Positions 46,640 through 47,306 of a stretch of DNA of 47,306 nucleotides are shown in pieces. Below the pieces are notes generated by a model. That model was not told the DNA's origin. It ran no database searches and saw nothing but the letters and a program-made list of their open reading frames with translations. The position numbers and the translations under genes are program-made. How positions within the stretch are numbered: position 1 is the first letter of the stretch; every line of letters begins with the position of its first letter. Source of the stretch: an uncultured Alphaproteobacteria bacterium (GTDB lineage: Bacteria; Pseudomonadota; Alphaproteobacteria; Rs-D84); assembly GCA_944392815.1 (NCBI GenBank), contig CALXXY010000005.1:1-47306 (forward strand), in the 5' to 3' direction.

Positions 46640-46656
46640 AATTGTGCCCCCTGGGG

Positions 46657-47022
46657 TTATTTTGTTCTGTACAAACAAGATTCGCGGAATATTTGCCAAA
46701 ATGCCGCGCCACCCAAAGATTTTGGACAATTTGCCGCGCTGCATTTACGGTGACCGTTCGGATTGACCGCACACGTACGCGCAGGCGTGCGGCCATGCAA
46801 TTTATCTATGCAGGCGCGATATTCATCGACGGCCTCTTCTAAATCATATACGGTATGTTGCAAAATATGACTGTTGCCCGATGGGGAAATTTTTTCCATC
46901 GCCACAGTAAAAGTATTTTCATCAGTCGGCTTGAACGTATTGGTGGCGGGATCATATATCTCGTTCGGTCGAAACATATATACTTCGCCATTTTCATCAT
47001 AATATTTTGCAAAAATTTTCAT
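46657..47022 (-). CDS. Hypothetical Cys-containing protein (tandem paralog b)
   Basis: AGGGGG RBS; TVYDLEEAVDEYRAC...CAVNP...NCP...GGAAFWQIFRESCL. Confidence 0.85.
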   Translation of the reverse strand: MKIFAKYYDENGEVYMFRPNEIYDPATNTFKPTDENTFTVAMEKISPSGNSHILQHTVYDLEEAVDEYRACIDKLHGRTPARTCAVNPNGHRKCSAANCPKSLGGAAFWQIFRESCLYRTK

Positions 47023-47057
47023 ATTACGCACCCCCTTTGCAATGAACAGGATAGCAA

Positions 47058-47306
47058 TTACCGCAAATATAGCAATAAAAAACCGCCACATGGGCGGGGA
47101 TTAAATTTCATACGTTCCTTTATTTCGTACTGGGTGTAACGGTGGGGGGGCATTTCGTTTTTTACATCCTTGGATGCCAATTTTAATGAATATGCCTTTA
47201 TATATTTATCATACTTCGCCCTTTCACTCGCTGGAATTTTTGGTGCAATTCGTTCCAAAAACTTTTTGCCAAAATTTGATATATTTATACTGACATTGGA
47301 TAAAAA
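47058..47306 (-). CDS. 3' end of a gene running off the window (hypothetical)
   Basis: Frame is open from the window edge (FLSNVSINISNFGKKFLERIAP...) to the stop at 47058; overlaps a hairpin at about 47076-47103. Confidence 0.55.
   Translation of the reverse strand, partial: FLSNVSINISNFGKKFLERIAPKIPASERAKYDKYIKAYSLKLASKDVKNEMPPHRYTQYEIKERMKFNPRPCGGFLLLYLR

Noticed and set aside
47058-47103. Stop-codon readthrough or recoding where the last ORF crosses a terminator-like hairpin
   Set aside because: The gene is truncated by the window edge so it cannot be assessed; TGA, TAA and TAG all act as normal stops elsewhere (1357, 4353, 13561)

Overview
A 47.3 kb chromosomal window from a Gram-negative bacterium using the standard code. 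The housekeeping proteins look alphaproteobacterial, and the scrambled gene order and many orphans suggest a reduced, host- or gut-associated uncultured lineage. My impression is Rs-D84/'Enterousia'-like, which I could not verify. Core genes: tRNA-Gln(TTG), tRNA-Glu(CTC), gyrA, rpmH, valS, comF, murG-ftsW-mraY, PBP1A, rpmE, a UvrD helicase, dnaQ, rplU-rpmA, ppdK, tsaC, and a HI1419/HI1420-type toxin-antitoxin pair. The most notable features are these. (1) A stand-alone array of five paralogous VirB6/TrbL-like polytopic membrane proteins with no other recognisable T4SS gene in the window. (2) Several large exported Cys-rich proteins, namely two clear paralogs and a translocator/pore-former-like two-gene operon between the tRNAs. 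(3) Orphan proteins with strong promoters and Q/K/R-rich C-termini. (4) An apparently chimeric ValRS. (5) A catalytically dead SuhB. (6) A modular intergenic repeat system in which different palindromic elements are joined by one conserved non-palindromic 34-nt motif, present in 4 copies. No CRISPR array, integrase, transposase or prophage was seen. All family assignments come from motif recognition by eye, not from database searches.
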